From contig JAQGDQ010000259.1 of assembly GCA_030141605.1 (NCBI GenBank), positions 62,001-126,000 on the forward strand: a stretch of DNA of 64,000 nucleotides. Direction: 5' to 3'. A model generated the notes under the pieces. It did not search any database and was not told the DNA's origin. It saw only the letters and a program-made list of their open reading frames with translations. A program made the translations under genes and the position numbers. Origin of the DNA: Tubiluchus corallicola (taxonomy: Eukaryota > Animalia > Priapulida). The first letter of the stretch is position 1; each line of letters starts with the position of its first letter. Positions 1 to 25,021 of the stretch are shown here, in pieces.

Positions 1-3000
1 AATGTTTGTCCGGTTATCATCGTAACAAGGCAGAAAAGTGCATGCTATTACCTGGTAAGTGTTTAATAATACAGTAGGTGCCGCTTAAAAGACTCACGGT
101 TAATCGACTCAATCGCTTAATTGACTCAAAAACACCTTGTACGGGCTACTTCTATCCAAATGTACGTAAAAACTGTCGGTAGTTGACTCAAATAACTCTG
201 CATAATTTACTCAATATTTTTCCTTCACATACTTAAAATAAGACATTTGTATGTGCCCAAACAACTTTTACTGCTTTTATGTCATCTTTGCATCACTTTT
301 GTGCACTATAATATATGTAGAAACAAGCATGTTAACTGTTAAGTGCCATTTTGTTTGTAAGCAGGTACGTTTATCATGTGCTAATACGCTAGGGTAGCAG
401 TTTTGCTTGAATCTTTACTGGCTCGTCCACTGCAATTAACCTCGTTAACCAAGAATTTCTGGAAGCTAAACATTTAAGAACGCGTCCGCGAGAAGACCAT
501 GCAAAATCGAAAAATTCCGGCACAAGGTTAGGTAAACCGATTCAAACCAAAGTTCGGGTATGAGGTCCACTAGTCACTAGTATTCACTATGTGAATCCGC
601 TTGGCCCAACTCCTCATAGTAGCAGATGTACGCATAGGCCGATTTTCATGAAAAAATGCCTATTTTTCTCTATTTTTTACTCATATTTGAAGGATTAGTC
701 ATGCAGCAACCACTGAGTTTGAATAGATCTGACTCTGCACAGTATTGCATCTTGTTATCTTCTCCAAAATGACTTTTCAACTTTTGTCCCAAACCCCCCT
801 CTTTCGGCTCTACTGGGGGTCTTTAAGCTCGCATTACGCACAAGATGCAAATACTCAGTCATTTCAAAGTCTTATATCTCACCCACTGCGGGGGCGGGGA
901 CAAAAATATCGATATGTATGTGAATAGAGCATCCCATCCCACTATGCTGCAGTGACAATTTCGATGGAGCGAATTTCCACCCTATTGTAAAAGACCCCTG
1001 AAAGAGGCATATATCAGGGTGAAAATATAGGTAACAACGTTCACCAAAAAGCTTCGTGTAGGTAAACATGAGTTGTCAAATCTTGTCCAAATACTTCAAA
1101 ACATCATAAATATTCATCTTTGGCAACTAGGGGCCTGGCCAGCACATTGGTTAAACTACCGACAGGATTGGACTCCATCATTCAAGATGGCGGCCACTGC
1201 TGAACTAAAATGTTCGTTTTCTGGGCTGTTTACCAGCGTTAAATGCGGTATTCTGACTAGTTATCCGCACGAAACGAATATTGTGAATCTATTAGCCTGT
1301 ACTAAAGACACTGGACCGCATTTACAGCGCTTCCATTTTCAAACAAATGAAATATCTACGGAATGGAAATTGCTTCTTGCAAGGACTGGAAGATGTTTTA
1401 TGTACTGTTTATTTTCTATGCTTTGTAAATGTTATGTACAGGTTATTACCTAGTTATTACTCATTGTCTTACATAGGCGTACAAGCCAGGACACAAAGAA
1501 AATTGTCCTAAATCTGAGCAAATGCCCAAAAAATATGTGACAGACTTCCCCCAAAATATCATTTGTCCGGTGATTTTTTGACTGTAAAACATCGAAAATT
1601 TTTGTGCCATTGGCGCAATCATTCAATCACACCATTAATATTTTTTGTCAGAAGTATCGATTTTGTGCCACAAATAAATTTTGGGCAAAGAAAAATTTTC
1701 TGAGTTAAATATCACCGCCATCTCCCTAGAAGCGGCCCATGCGCTTATATTGTCTCATGTTTCGACTGTAAGATTTCCGCTTTATCACTTTCCCCATGAT
1801 ATATTTGTCTATATTTCTGTATCTATCTTCTAGGGATAATCTACCTGCATCGATAATTCTTTCTCAGTTATTTAGATATTATGGTTTTGATTACTTGTAC
1901 TACTCTTCAGTGATAGGATTATGCTGCTACAATAACAACAGTATTTTGAACTTAGAGAAATTAATTCTGACTGAGTTTTGTAGTTTTTCATTTTTGTACT
2001 GATATTCATAATCTTCTATGTATAGCCATGAAGCTTATTCATATAAAAAGTGTAAAAAATGAACGGATGTATAAAAATGAACGGATTTCTATTTTATATG
2101 TATATACCAAGTGTTGTCAGATTCTTTCGCTAGCAATGACTCTCAATCTTAACAATCGGTACTTCTTTTCTATTAGAGGGCTTATTGTTTAGTCTTTCCT
2201 GGTATCCATTAGCGATTCACTGTGTAGAGAATGCCCTGAATCAGGGTCGGACTCGGTACTAGGGGCATGCATGATGTCCTGTCCTGAAATCCATCAGAAG
2301 AGGCAATTATTCATATTTGTAGTCATATGAAAATTCTGACATAACTAAACCAATTTAAGATGAAATTCGCAAATTTATAGCAATTTCCATGGCAAAGGAA
2401 TCTATTGCTACTAGGAAATTAGAGCACTAGTTACAGAAAATGCAGGTTAAACGTGGCTAATGTCTACTGTCATTTTTTCTAACAGTGCCCCCTTTATATA
2501 ATGTCATTCATGATATTATCTCGGCTCGTGCGTTTTCATGAAATTTAGAATACAGATTTGTCACTTATAATCCAGCATATAGATAGAAAAAGTATTGAAA
2601 AACTACAAAAAAGGCGAATTTTGCTGATTTTTGTGAAATTTTAAAGTGCCAGTACTAAATACTGAAACAGGCTCCAGCGAATTTTCTTTTTTATGTTATT
2701 AGTGAGGATGATGGTTAACACATACATGAAAACCAGAAGTTCTGTAGCCCCGCAGTGGGCGAGTTATGAGCCTTACAACTTAACCTCTCCCTGGACTCTT
2801 AACAAAGAGCCGAATTTGAAAAATCCCGTTCGCTGATACTATTAATAGTATGTCAGAAAAAATTAGGATATCAGAAGACAATGTCTGGGTCTATGTACCA
2901 GCCAACTTACATCGACCCATCTATAATAGTTTATACAGGAGAAAAAGTTAAAGTAACCCCCCAAAATAGCGATTTTTTTGCCTCTTTTGAGGTCAATTTC

Positions 3001-4838
3001 TTGATGTGGTCATTTCTCTGCTAATAGTAGCTCTATCGATTTGATATCTTGGTTACATGGTTTTGGGGGGTCGCCCTTCATGTTAGAAAAAAATGATATA
3101 AATTCGTCACCCCTCATGTGCCACCCTCTGCATGGTGCTCTCGCGGACTCTTCTTTTGCATTTTGAAGTCTCGCGGACTCTGCATGCTGCTCTCGCGGGT
3201 TCTTTAATCACTTGTCTTGCAGTTTCCTTTTGAAGCTCTCATTGCAAATCACGCTTTCACGCTTAATCAGTTAACAGTTAAAGATGCAGTTACAATAATC
3301 AGCCAGGATCAGACGAAACTACTTGCGAGGAAACAAGGTCACTACCAACTGCAGCTCAAGAGCGCCCAAGTGCTAAATGTTTTACGAGAATACGTACATC
3401 ACACAGCAACAGATTTTCAACGGTTTTATAATTATGAGAACTTTGTGAACCAAATTCTTCGCGAGAAATTGAAGCAGCCGACTTTGAAGCAACTTTTGTA
3501 ATTTTTGCAAATAAACAGACTTGTGTGATTTAGAAAAGTATACTGTTTAATTTATTGCTAATTCACTTACATAAATTAATATTTTAAAATATTTTTTTTT
3601 AATTTTTAACTGCACAAAGGAATTTAGGCTTTACTTCGTTTCTAAAATTCATTGCAGTGCATACTTCTATACCAGTAATACTACACTCATCGGTTAATTG
3701 GGTCAAAACACTTCGGTCCCAAAGTGTGAGTCTATTAAGAGGCACCTACTGTATTAATATTCTAAAATGTAAAAAGTTACACATATAATCCTTCTGGATA
3801 ATATGATACTAGATTGCAAAATTGTACTAAAGTATTAAGAGTAGGTAAATGAACTGGGTTAAATTAGTTTTAAGAAATTTTACACTATGATTTGTCTGCT
3901 TTAGCAAATTAGATATTGTCTAACCTAAGATGGTGTTTCTCTTTTTACTTTTTTGCTCCCACTTTGGGAATCCAGAAAGTTGGCGGTAACTGAGTTTTTC
4001 CATTATAAAGAGTTGCACTAACACATACCTGTCTATCTCTACAAATAGAAACATTTTGTTTTGCCAAAAATTCGGGTGTTGAGCGAGGTTGGCATTATAA
4101 AAGGGGGGGTATTATAACGAGATATGACTGTAGTACCTTAACTAATTTGACAAATATTGCATTCTTTAATCAATTGTTATGTCATCAGAAAACTCGATTT
4201 TTTCAGGTGGTACTACTAGTGCTGCTCCACTGACAAGTTCTGTAACGTTGATCACAACTGGACAACCACAAACAAACTCAACATCAAGCGGCAAAAGTTT
4301 TAATTCAAAAAGTATGCAGAATTTTCTGTAGCAATTACTAAACTATGATCCAACTGCAATGTTATTACTAATAGACGACCAGCAAAAGCAATCAATCACA
4401 ATTTAACATGTGTGAAGTGCAATTTACTGTTACTGTTAACTTTACTCGAAAAAATTGTAGTTCTTTATTTGAAAAGTATTGTTTATTCAAAATATTTCAT
4501 GTTTTCACGTAATTTTAGCTTTTGTCTTTTGTGTGTACATAATACAATTGAATTCTGCTTTTATGTCTGCCTTTCAAGCACGTACATTATTTTAACAATA
4601 TATCTGAAGTACAGTTAGCAATTTATTTTAAGGACGATTTATTTAATTTTTTACAGAAACGATCATTACTGCTGCGGTAGGTGCGGTGGGAGTCTGTGTT
4701 CTGCTCGGCGTTGTCGTTGCCGTATTTATTGTGATTCGCAGGCGAAGGCAAAATTCGGCGGCTTACACGCTTGTGGCAAACTTTAGTGATGGTGAGGACG
4801 ATAGTCAACTTCTGGGACAAAATGAGGAATTGGCGTGA
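1..4838 (+). CDS. 3' end of a type I single-pass membrane protein (Cys-rich/EGF-like end, Ser/Thr stalk, TM helix, cytosolic tail with YxxPhi and acidic dileucine signals); 5' partial
   Basis: Exons: <1-54 (CLSGYHRNKAEKCMLLP, donor G|GTAAGT); 4207-4311 (GTTSAAPLTSSVTLITTGQPQTNSTSSGKSFNSK, donor A|GTATGC); 4657-4838 (TIITAAVGAVGVCVLLGVVVAVFIVIRRRRQNSAAYTLVANFSDGEDDSQLLGQNEELA*). Both introns are phase 1, GT-AG. The hydrophobic run is followed by an RRRR stop-transfer. Not in the ORF track. Confidence 0.8.
478..3203 (+). mobile_element. TTAA-targeting DNA transposon relic, probably Sola3-like (Kolobok not excluded)
   Basis: TTAA at 474-477 and 3204-3207; the sister pogo copy has a single TTAA at 19213-19216 (empty site). 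Left end GAACGCGTCCGCGAGAAGACCATGCA is inverted to the right-end TGCATGGTGCTCTCGCGGACTC, which is present in duplicated form at 3130-3203. Internal inverted pair at 876-895 / 2747-2766. ORF from 1187 (MAATAELKCSF...KCG...LLACTKD...HL...LLLARTG) resembles a transposase N-terminus (recollection only). GAG..CTC ends with a TTAA target are the Sola3 hallmark. Confidence 0.65.
1472..1749. mobile_element. hAT-like MITE nested in the TTAA element
   Basis: Imperfect termini CATAGGCGTAC / ATGCGCTTATA. 8-bp flanks TTGTCTTA (1464-1471) and TTGTCTCA (1750-1757) match 7/8. Confidence 0.6.
4080..4132. mobile_element. Terminus of a mariner/pogo-type MITE family (related ends at about 6451 and 58563-58801)
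   Basis: GGCATTATAAAAGGGGGGGTATTATAACGAGATATGACTG|TA matches the inverse of TA|CAGTCAAATCTCATTATAATGCCCCC (6451) and the end GGCATTATAGCGAGGTTTGACTG|TA (58801). Confidence 0.6.
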
Positions 4839-7440
4839 TATTTTTGTGTAAAATTGTTTTAGATATGTGGATGTTATTTCAGAGGCATGATTTGTTATAC
4901 AATTTTATATATATTTGTATACACATAGAGTCTCATTGTTGCACACATGGAGAAGTCTCATTATTGTAAATCTCTGAGTTTCTGCAAACTATTTTTAGTG
5001 AAAAGAATCTGCAATTATCATGGTGTACTTCATAAATCAGTAGTATACCTAGTACAACTCATAGTAATTAACATGGCATCCAGCTACTAATGGATGGACA
5101 TTGAAACTTTTTCTAAAACATCTTTTCTAGCATTTTATGGCCAATAACCACCAGGAAAGCACCAAAACCACCAAATCAAAAAAGGTTATCAATTTTTGCT
5201 GGTCTGTGGTTTGTGATTTTTGCAAATTTCGTATGAAAAGTAAATAAATTACACATTGCAGTATAGACCTGATACCATGTTATATAGATCAGGTCCAAGC
5301 TGCAGTCATAAAGTGCAGTTTGTGACCTTGTATTGTTGTTAAAAGGTTTAATGTTTATTTAGATGTTGACTATATGTACTTATTTTTGTTGACGTGGTGA
5401 ACTGCATTTTCCTTGCATACAGGAGAGTGGTAAGCCTTACTTCATTTTGTGCATTTGAAAATTATGTAAATTTTACATAAGTAGATATTTTAACATATAG
5501 CAGGTTCTTCAACATGTATATAATTTTTAGAATGATTTGAGTTAGACTTACAGTGCATAAATAGTTTTAACCAAATGTAGTTGGTGATGCCTATGTTCAA
5601 ACTAATGTGGAGAGCTAATGTGCATTATTTTCAATTGGATAATTTTAGCATAATTTTTAATATCTTTATTATAGCAAGTTTCAGGTACAATACCAGCTAC
5701 TGGTAAAGTAAACTAATAACAAAATTGCAGAACTCTGTACAGGATCTACCTTATCATCAATCACATCTCCATAAAATAGACATGACTCTCAAACCTGCTT
5801 AAGCGCACTAATTTGAAAAGTTGTTAGAACTGTTTTTATCTAGTTTGAGAGCCTAGCTGGCAGATTTTCGAGTTACTAAAGCAGAAAATGGAGGAAGTGG
5901 GTGGGCAGCCATGACATTTCTTGTGGCATATGGAGATCTGTGAGTAAAATTGAAACAATTTTGCACTGACTCAAAATTACTGAATGTTAATCAGGTTCAT
6001 TTAACAAGACGCCAGCTTATATGCTCCTTGCTTCTTGGCAGTATGTGTCTCTACACTAAGCATAATATGTTGTTACTAGAACTGTTAGTATCGCCATCTA
6101 CTGAAATAATCATTTAACTAACAGAAGCTGGTACCTTTAATTGTTTTAAATTGATGTCATTTTATATCCTTATACTTTTTGCAAATGATATGCAGTCAGA
6201 ATATCACAGGTGGCTTTTCTGATAGTAACCTGTAAGCAATTGAGTAATTATCCAAATTTATAGAAGTCTGTGCACAAAGAGTGATTTAGTTATGACCTCA
6301 TGTTGTGAAATCTTTTAAAGTAGGCTATGGGTGTGCATCTTGTATAGATTATAAAAAAATTATTTTAAGGTTACAAAAAATTGTTATTGTTTCACTTTAT
6401 TTTATTGTTTAGGCAAATTGGTACACACTACCATAATATAATTTATAATACAGTCAAATCTCATTATAATGCCCCCCCCCCCAACCACGTTTAAGGCCCC
6501 AAATAATTTTTTAGCAAAACAAAATGACTGCATTTGCATGTATGTCTTATACGTGTGCGAGTATGTATGTATTATGCATGCATGTGAGTCTCGTTATAAT
6601 ACCAAACCCACTATAACACAAACTTTTCTGCAGTCCCAAAGTAGGCAGTATAAAAAGATTTGTAACTGACTGATTATTGCTTGCTTATAGTGGCCCATCG
6701 AAGCAGTGATAGTGGCCCTTTTTTCAATAGTACTCTGAAGGGCGAAGAGGCATATTACTGAATGTCACAAGTGAAACCATCTGCAGGGAATTACTGTACC
6801 ATTATAATAATTGACTAACTATATGAAACAAGTGTTGCACAATATAAATTTATCAGTATGGCAAGGAACAAAGTAATGTATAAAATTTATTTGGAATTCA
6901 AAAGTTCACATTTAAAGTAACATATTATGAACATAAAAAATCAAGAAAACAGCAAAGTCATCAAGATTATACAAGAAGCCAAGTTCTATGTATTTAAAAC
7001 AAGTATAGAAGGCTAGCAGACAGAAGACTGATACATCACACTTGGTAAAGCATAATGTTACAGTTGGAACAATTGCATTAATGAGCCCATTATTAATGAG
7101 AGTTTTGCAGTGGCCATAAAATATTTAGCTATGCATTTAATGATATGATTAAGTTTAAACTGCAACTATTTACAATAAACAAAGTGGCAACACCAAATGA
7201 TACCTGCAAAAACTCAGTTTTTTAACAAACTGAGATTAAAGAAAGCAAAATTTACATTAAAAGGTTTTCAGTCTCCACATTACAACTAATGCTTTACTAA
7301 TACAACACAAATCAGATTAACCATCACAGCCATTGGCAGAAACAATGCAAGAAGCGGCTAACAACACAAAAACTTCATGTGAACATTTTAGCTGGGAACG
7401 GCTATCTGTCATTAAACTGGTGTGACAAATATTTATGTGA

Positions 7441-20142
<12,702 letters not shown>

Positions 20143-20769
20143 TTTAGTTTACGAGTTCAAAATCGTAACTTCTCTCCAGCTAAGCGCACTGTCTTCAACT
20201 ACAATTACGTTGGCTTACCGTAGATCAATAGGGCGAAGCCTATAAGTAGGCTTTTTGCCCACAGTTGTCTCTCTTGATAAAACTTCTGTTAATTATTTTA
20301 TCACAAGTTTTCTCTCTCGCGTTTTGTATTTATAATGTCTCTCAGGTGGAAGTGCCGTCTAACGGCAGTTGTCTGGATATGGTGAGGAAGTAAGGTCAGT
20401 GGTGATATGGCAAATGGGTCAGTTGTGTTGATTTATGATAAACTGGAATGGTGTTGTAGAGGTGTTGAATTATAAAAAACGTTTAGAGTCCACTCAGGCT
20501 GGAACAGATCGTGGAACTTCCTTGAATACAAAGCCAGTTTCGCAACCACGTGCACACAGGCAGTCAGCGGTTCACTAGCTCCACTTCAGCTTTTCCAATG
20601 TGAGCACAACCCAGCTATTATACCAAGTGTGCAAGAGCCGATTATTTTCTTCTGACGTCATTATATGGTCATTCCTAATTTTGCATGCGAGTGTCACCCT
20701 TGCCATTCATTACATTTCGTTATAGCAGCTATATGTTTTCTCTTGATTCCATAATTTCTCAAAATGCTC

Positions 20770-21230
20770 TTACTAATCGTTCAAGGGTTTAGATATCTGC
20801 TGCTTTATAGTCTCTATCCTTACATTATACTTATTTATTATTCTTTCCGACTTCTCACAACTTAATGCATGTTCTATTGTATCTTCCTGAATCCTACACT
20901 TAGGGCACGGTAAATCTTCCGATTTATTTCAATTGCATTTCACTTCTTTCATATTTGATTTAATTTCCATTATATTTACTATATCTGCAAGACCACACTC
21001 TCAGATATAACTTTGTTTCTCATATTTCTCACCATCAAGGTCATTTTGTCATTCTCTATACTTTATCTTTATGTTCCTGTAATATTTTTTATTTATAGCT
21101 TTTTTATTTCTTTTTTCTTTTTTCAATTTTGATTTTTTTAATTTCTCCATTTTTATTGGCTTGATCTTGTCCTTCTTTCCATATTTATCTATGATTTCAG
21201 TATTTCTGAATACCAACAATTTTGAAAGGT
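20770..21230 (-). mobile_element. Degenerate non-LTR retrotransposon 3' fragment with CCHC knuckle
   Basis: Minus-strand translation ...EVKCN*NKSEDLPCPKCRIQEDTIEHALSCEK (C-x2-C...EH...C) within A-rich coding-like sequence. Confidence 0.6.
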
Positions 21231-21269
21231 CCTTTTTTGTGGGTCAGTCTGTACCAAGCATTCTCTGAG

Positions 21270-21596
21270 AAAGCAAATTCGAATGGAATTGATTTTGTGA
21301 CTTTCGAATTTGAACTGAACCGAACTCGAATTCAAACTTGTTTGAAAGATTTTCGAACAAGTTTTCGAATCACCAGTAAAAGTTGTCTTACGGAGAATTT
21401 GCATATTATTCAATTTTGTTCTGCAGTAAAACCACTAATAATTTATATAAAAATTGTGCACAGAAATCACAGCAATTTGTACTAATTGCATGAAGTTTCA
21501 AACGTTTTAATGATAAGATACGTATGTGGTTGAACTGCTGAGTTATTCGAATTTATAATTTTAGACTCGAACTCGAACGTTCGATGCTCACCCTTA
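21270..21596. mobile_element. hAT-like MITE fragment rich in TCGAA motifs
   Basis: Many TTCGAA/ACTCGAA motifs and terminus TTCGATGCTCACCCTTA. Confidence 0.45.
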
Positions 21597-21614
21597 GTGA
21601 CCATTGCCGACTAA

Positions 21615-22527
21615 AAATACGAAAGTAGCTGAAAATGGCAGAGGTGAAAATGGTACAGTAAAAACGGCAGAGGAAAAAATGGCAGAAACGGAAAGTAAAA
21701 ATGGCACAAGAAAAGAATGTGCACTTAGTAAAATATTAGTTTTTGATTAGGGTTGCTGTGGAGGATAATTGTTTTAGTTATTTTACCTCTGCCAAGGAAG
21801 TTATGCTTCAACACGATTTGTTTTTCCTTTTTGTTCGCCGGTTCTTTTTCGCAAAAATGACCAAATACCATATAAAAAATCATATGTACTTTGTAGCGGT
21901 CTCAGAGAGAGTATTTAAGTGCTTCTTTTTATTGTCTCCATCTGAAAAACAACTATATACGAGTTAGTTCCAGGTTCCATTTCACTTGTAAAAATGTGTA
22001 ACGCTGTGTGTACCCTTTGTTTATTAATGTGTATGGCCTTATAAGCTGATTTGGTATGTAAATACGTATATATTTGTCAGTCTATTACCATCATCAAAAT
22101 TAATGATTAGAAAAGATGAATAAAAACTGTGTGGAAAATTCGGACATTACTGAAATTAAATTCTATTTAACGAACAAAATGTTTAGTAAGTCTTTTACTG
22201 GTTTATATAATAACAATACAGGCACATTTTTGCATGTTTGCTAATTTATCTTTGTTTTATGTTCTTTTTCTAATAAAAAAATCAAACAAATAAGTTTAAG
22301 ATTGCCCAACTTTGGAGGAAATGTCTGCTTCCTACTGAGCGCATTCTACTTTTGCATTAGAAATCAAAACAACGTATTTGCCATTTTTACCAAGTTTTCC
22401 ATTTCTGCCTTTTCTGTTGCACCATGTTTTCCTGTGATATTTTTCTGTGTCATTTTTTCGTGTACCATTTTTTCAGGTATCATTTTTGCCTGTGTCATTT
22501 TTCCTGTGCCATTTTTATTGCGCACCC
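21615..22527. mobile_element. Foldback-like element with inverted arrays of about 15-bp AAAAATGGCA repeats
   Basis: AAAATGGCA/AAAATGGTA/AAAACGGCA repeats at 21630-21710 face TGCCATTTTT/TGTCATTTTT/TACCATTTTT repeats at 22378-22517. Confidence 0.6.
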
Positions 22528-23003
22528 AAAAATACATGCACCAGAGCATGTACTTCATCTGTCATCTGATTCACTTCATATAATTATGAAGTGTACCGAA
22601 AGTTGAACTAATAATGCGTTCCGTTTACACTCTTCTATCTACAAAACTTGGAATATTTAAAACACTTTGAATTATAAAATTAGAATTAGGCGAAAAAAAT
22701 TTTTGTTTTCCCATTTTTAAAAAAATCAGTACACTATATCTACAATAAAGTAAAGTGAGCCATTACTGTATAAATATCGATCCACTTACAATCAAACTGA
22801 TCGAAATTGTGTAATTATTAGCAAATATGCGGCTGAAATGAAGGTGCGCAATTTTGAAAAGCAGTAAAAATGGCACATTAAGTAAAAGCGGCACAGGATT
22901 AACTGATGATGATGTATAAAGAAAAGTTTGTTTTAATCTTTTGTCACTCATTTCATCGTGCATATTATTAAAAAGATTTTAAAAAGGCGTAAAACAACCA
23001 GCA

Positions 23004-23727
23004 AACATATTACCCATTTCACCCCTAAGGTGGTATGAATAGCCTACTTGGCTAATGTTCTTCCGTCATACACCCGACTTTAAATAAAGATTATGTATGT
23101 ATGTATGTATGTATGTATGTATGTATGTATGTATGTATGTATGTATGTATGTATGTATGTATGTATGTATGTATGTATGTATGTATGTATGTATGTATGT
23201 ATGTATGTATGTATGTATGTATGTATGTATGTATGTATGTATGTATGTATGTATGTATGTATGTATGTATGTATGTATGTATGTATGTTTGTATGTATCT
23301 ATGTATGTATGTATGTGGTATAGACATTTTTTATTTCAAGTAAGTCAACCACACTGTTTTTGTTGCTAACAGTGAGGAGTTTTACTAAACAAAACAGTCT
23401 TAGAATGCTAAGTTGAAATAAAAAAATCAACGAGATAAAAATATTATCATAATCATCCAAAATATTACCAAAAATCAACATATTACACATTTCACCCCAG
23501 AGCTGGTACGATTAGCCTATTTGGCTAGTGTTCTTCCGTTGCACACCCGACTTTAAATAAAGATTATGTATGGTATGGACATTTTTTTTAATTTCGAGTA
23601 AGTCAACCACAGTGTTTTTATTGCTACAGTGACGAGTTTTACTAAACACAACAGATTTAGAATGCTAAGCTGCTCACAAAGCATTACAAAGCTAAGCTGA
23701 AATAAAAAAATCAACGAGACAAGAATT
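23004..23727 (+). repeat. Tandem duplication containing a retroposon-like 3' end; the first unit carries a (TATG)n array at 23092-23317
   Basis: Units start at 23004 and 23477 (AACATATTAC.CATTTCACCCC) and share ...CACCCGACTTTAAATAAAGATTATGTA... and downstream GTAAGTCAACCAC...TTAGAATGCTAAG...AATCAACGAGA. Confidence 0.9.
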
Positions 23728-23967
23728 TTAGTCCTTATTAATTACAATTTAGGAAAAACTACTCATTTCAGTACAACGGGTGGCCGCTTACTGCACATCC
23801 AGAAATCGTTATGCGTTTTCGGATAAAAATCAGATTATAAATTATTGTTTTTGTAATTGTTACCGCTATTATAATTGCTCAGTTTTTCAGACCTGCGTTA
23901 TTGCATCAGTTTTTTCTGCAGCTATTCCTATTAGTTTGAGTAACGCATTTAGAATGTCTAGTAAACT

Positions 23968-23970
<3 letters not shown>

Positions 23971-24060
<90 letters not shown>
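23971..24060. repeat. (CT)45 microsatellite
   Basis: Perfect CT run of 90 bp. Confidence 0.98.
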
Positions 24061-24063
<3 letters not shown>

Positions 24064-25021
24064 CCCTCTTTTTCTCTCACGCTCCTCATACTGTATCCTT
24101 TTCAATTCTTCCTTTTCTCAATCTTCATCCCAAAGCACTGATGAAAAAAATATTGCCTAAATCCTAATCAAAAAAAAATTGAAACTATTCTACGGTGTCA
24201 GTCACAAAAAAATTAATGTTAAAATACAACACTAACCACTATATATGCATGTACGATTACAGGTCGTCATTGATGACTACGTTGGAAATCGTAGCTAGTA
24301 CTTTAAATTTAAAATACCTTATCTTTATGATTATTTAATTCTTGCTTATATATAAGTTAATTTTCTCGAAAGAGAATTCTATGGCATTATAATTGTGGGT
24401 CCTAATAATTAACACACTTGGCGTAGGACCATAGAAACTGCTGTTACGATGTTTCATACAATTATATGTACTCACTATGAAACTGATATTTTTTAAAATT
24501 TCTACAAGCAAAGCCATTAAATTGGCCACTCAAGTGGCTCAGTAAAATGTGTTATTGTTGCAGTCAGCTCCTCACATGAATATATTTTGAAATTATTTAA
24601 AAAATGGAATTCGTATAACTAATTTGTCAGTGATAGATGTTCTCCTTGAACCGAGACAGGTTTTTTCATGAAACAAACAATTCCATAGATAAATAACCCC
24701 AAGGAAAAAAACGGATTTTTAGCAGCAGCAGTCCTACATCTGGGAACGTCAGGATAAGGACACCGGGGATTACATTTATTGACAAGGATCGAGCATTAAA
24801 AGCTGGAGCCTCTAACTATATAGTTAAATTAGTTCTCATTAGTAGGCATAAGTAGGTGTGTAGTAATTTTTGGGCAAACGCTGCTTCTCAGCTGTGTAAG
24901 AGTTCCGCTGGTTCAGTCATCTATTATGTGAAAACTTGCTAGCGCGTACTTCCTCCACCTTTCAAATTGATTACTAGCAGAAACTGGAAAGTTGTGTTGT
25001 GTTGGAAAGTTTATTGCGTTG

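Larger units (their letters stand above)
72..3751 (+). mobile_element. pogo/Tigger-like (Tc1/mariner) non-autonomous element, split by a nested insertion at 478-3203
   Basis: TA|CAGTAGGTGCCGCTTAAAAGACTCAC ... GTGAGTCTATTAAGAGGCACCTACTG|TA inverted termini with TA flanks. Colinear with the uninterrupted copy at 18839-19860. A transposase C-terminal relic ends KQPTLKQLL* at 3501. Confidence 0.85.

Noticed and set aside
4288-4297. Non-canonical GC donor in the membrane-protein gene
   Set aside because: A same-phase canonical GTATGC donor exists at 4312. All traced introns are GT-AG, with no U12-type signature seen.
20346-20580. Extra plus-strand exon or gene next to the SMU1 start
   Set aside because: All three frames after the CTCAG acceptor stop quickly and there is no recognisable protein similarity.
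23091-24160. ORFs MYVCMYVC / HTYI / ERERER / SLSLSL in the ORF track
   Set aside because: These are translations of (TATG)n and (CT)n microsatellites.
24864-24895. Sm-site AATTTTTGG with a small hairpin (snRNA or SL RNA)
   Set aside because: The same 9-mer recurs at about 30320 and 38541 in AT-rich DNA, and there is no recognisable snRNA or SL structure.
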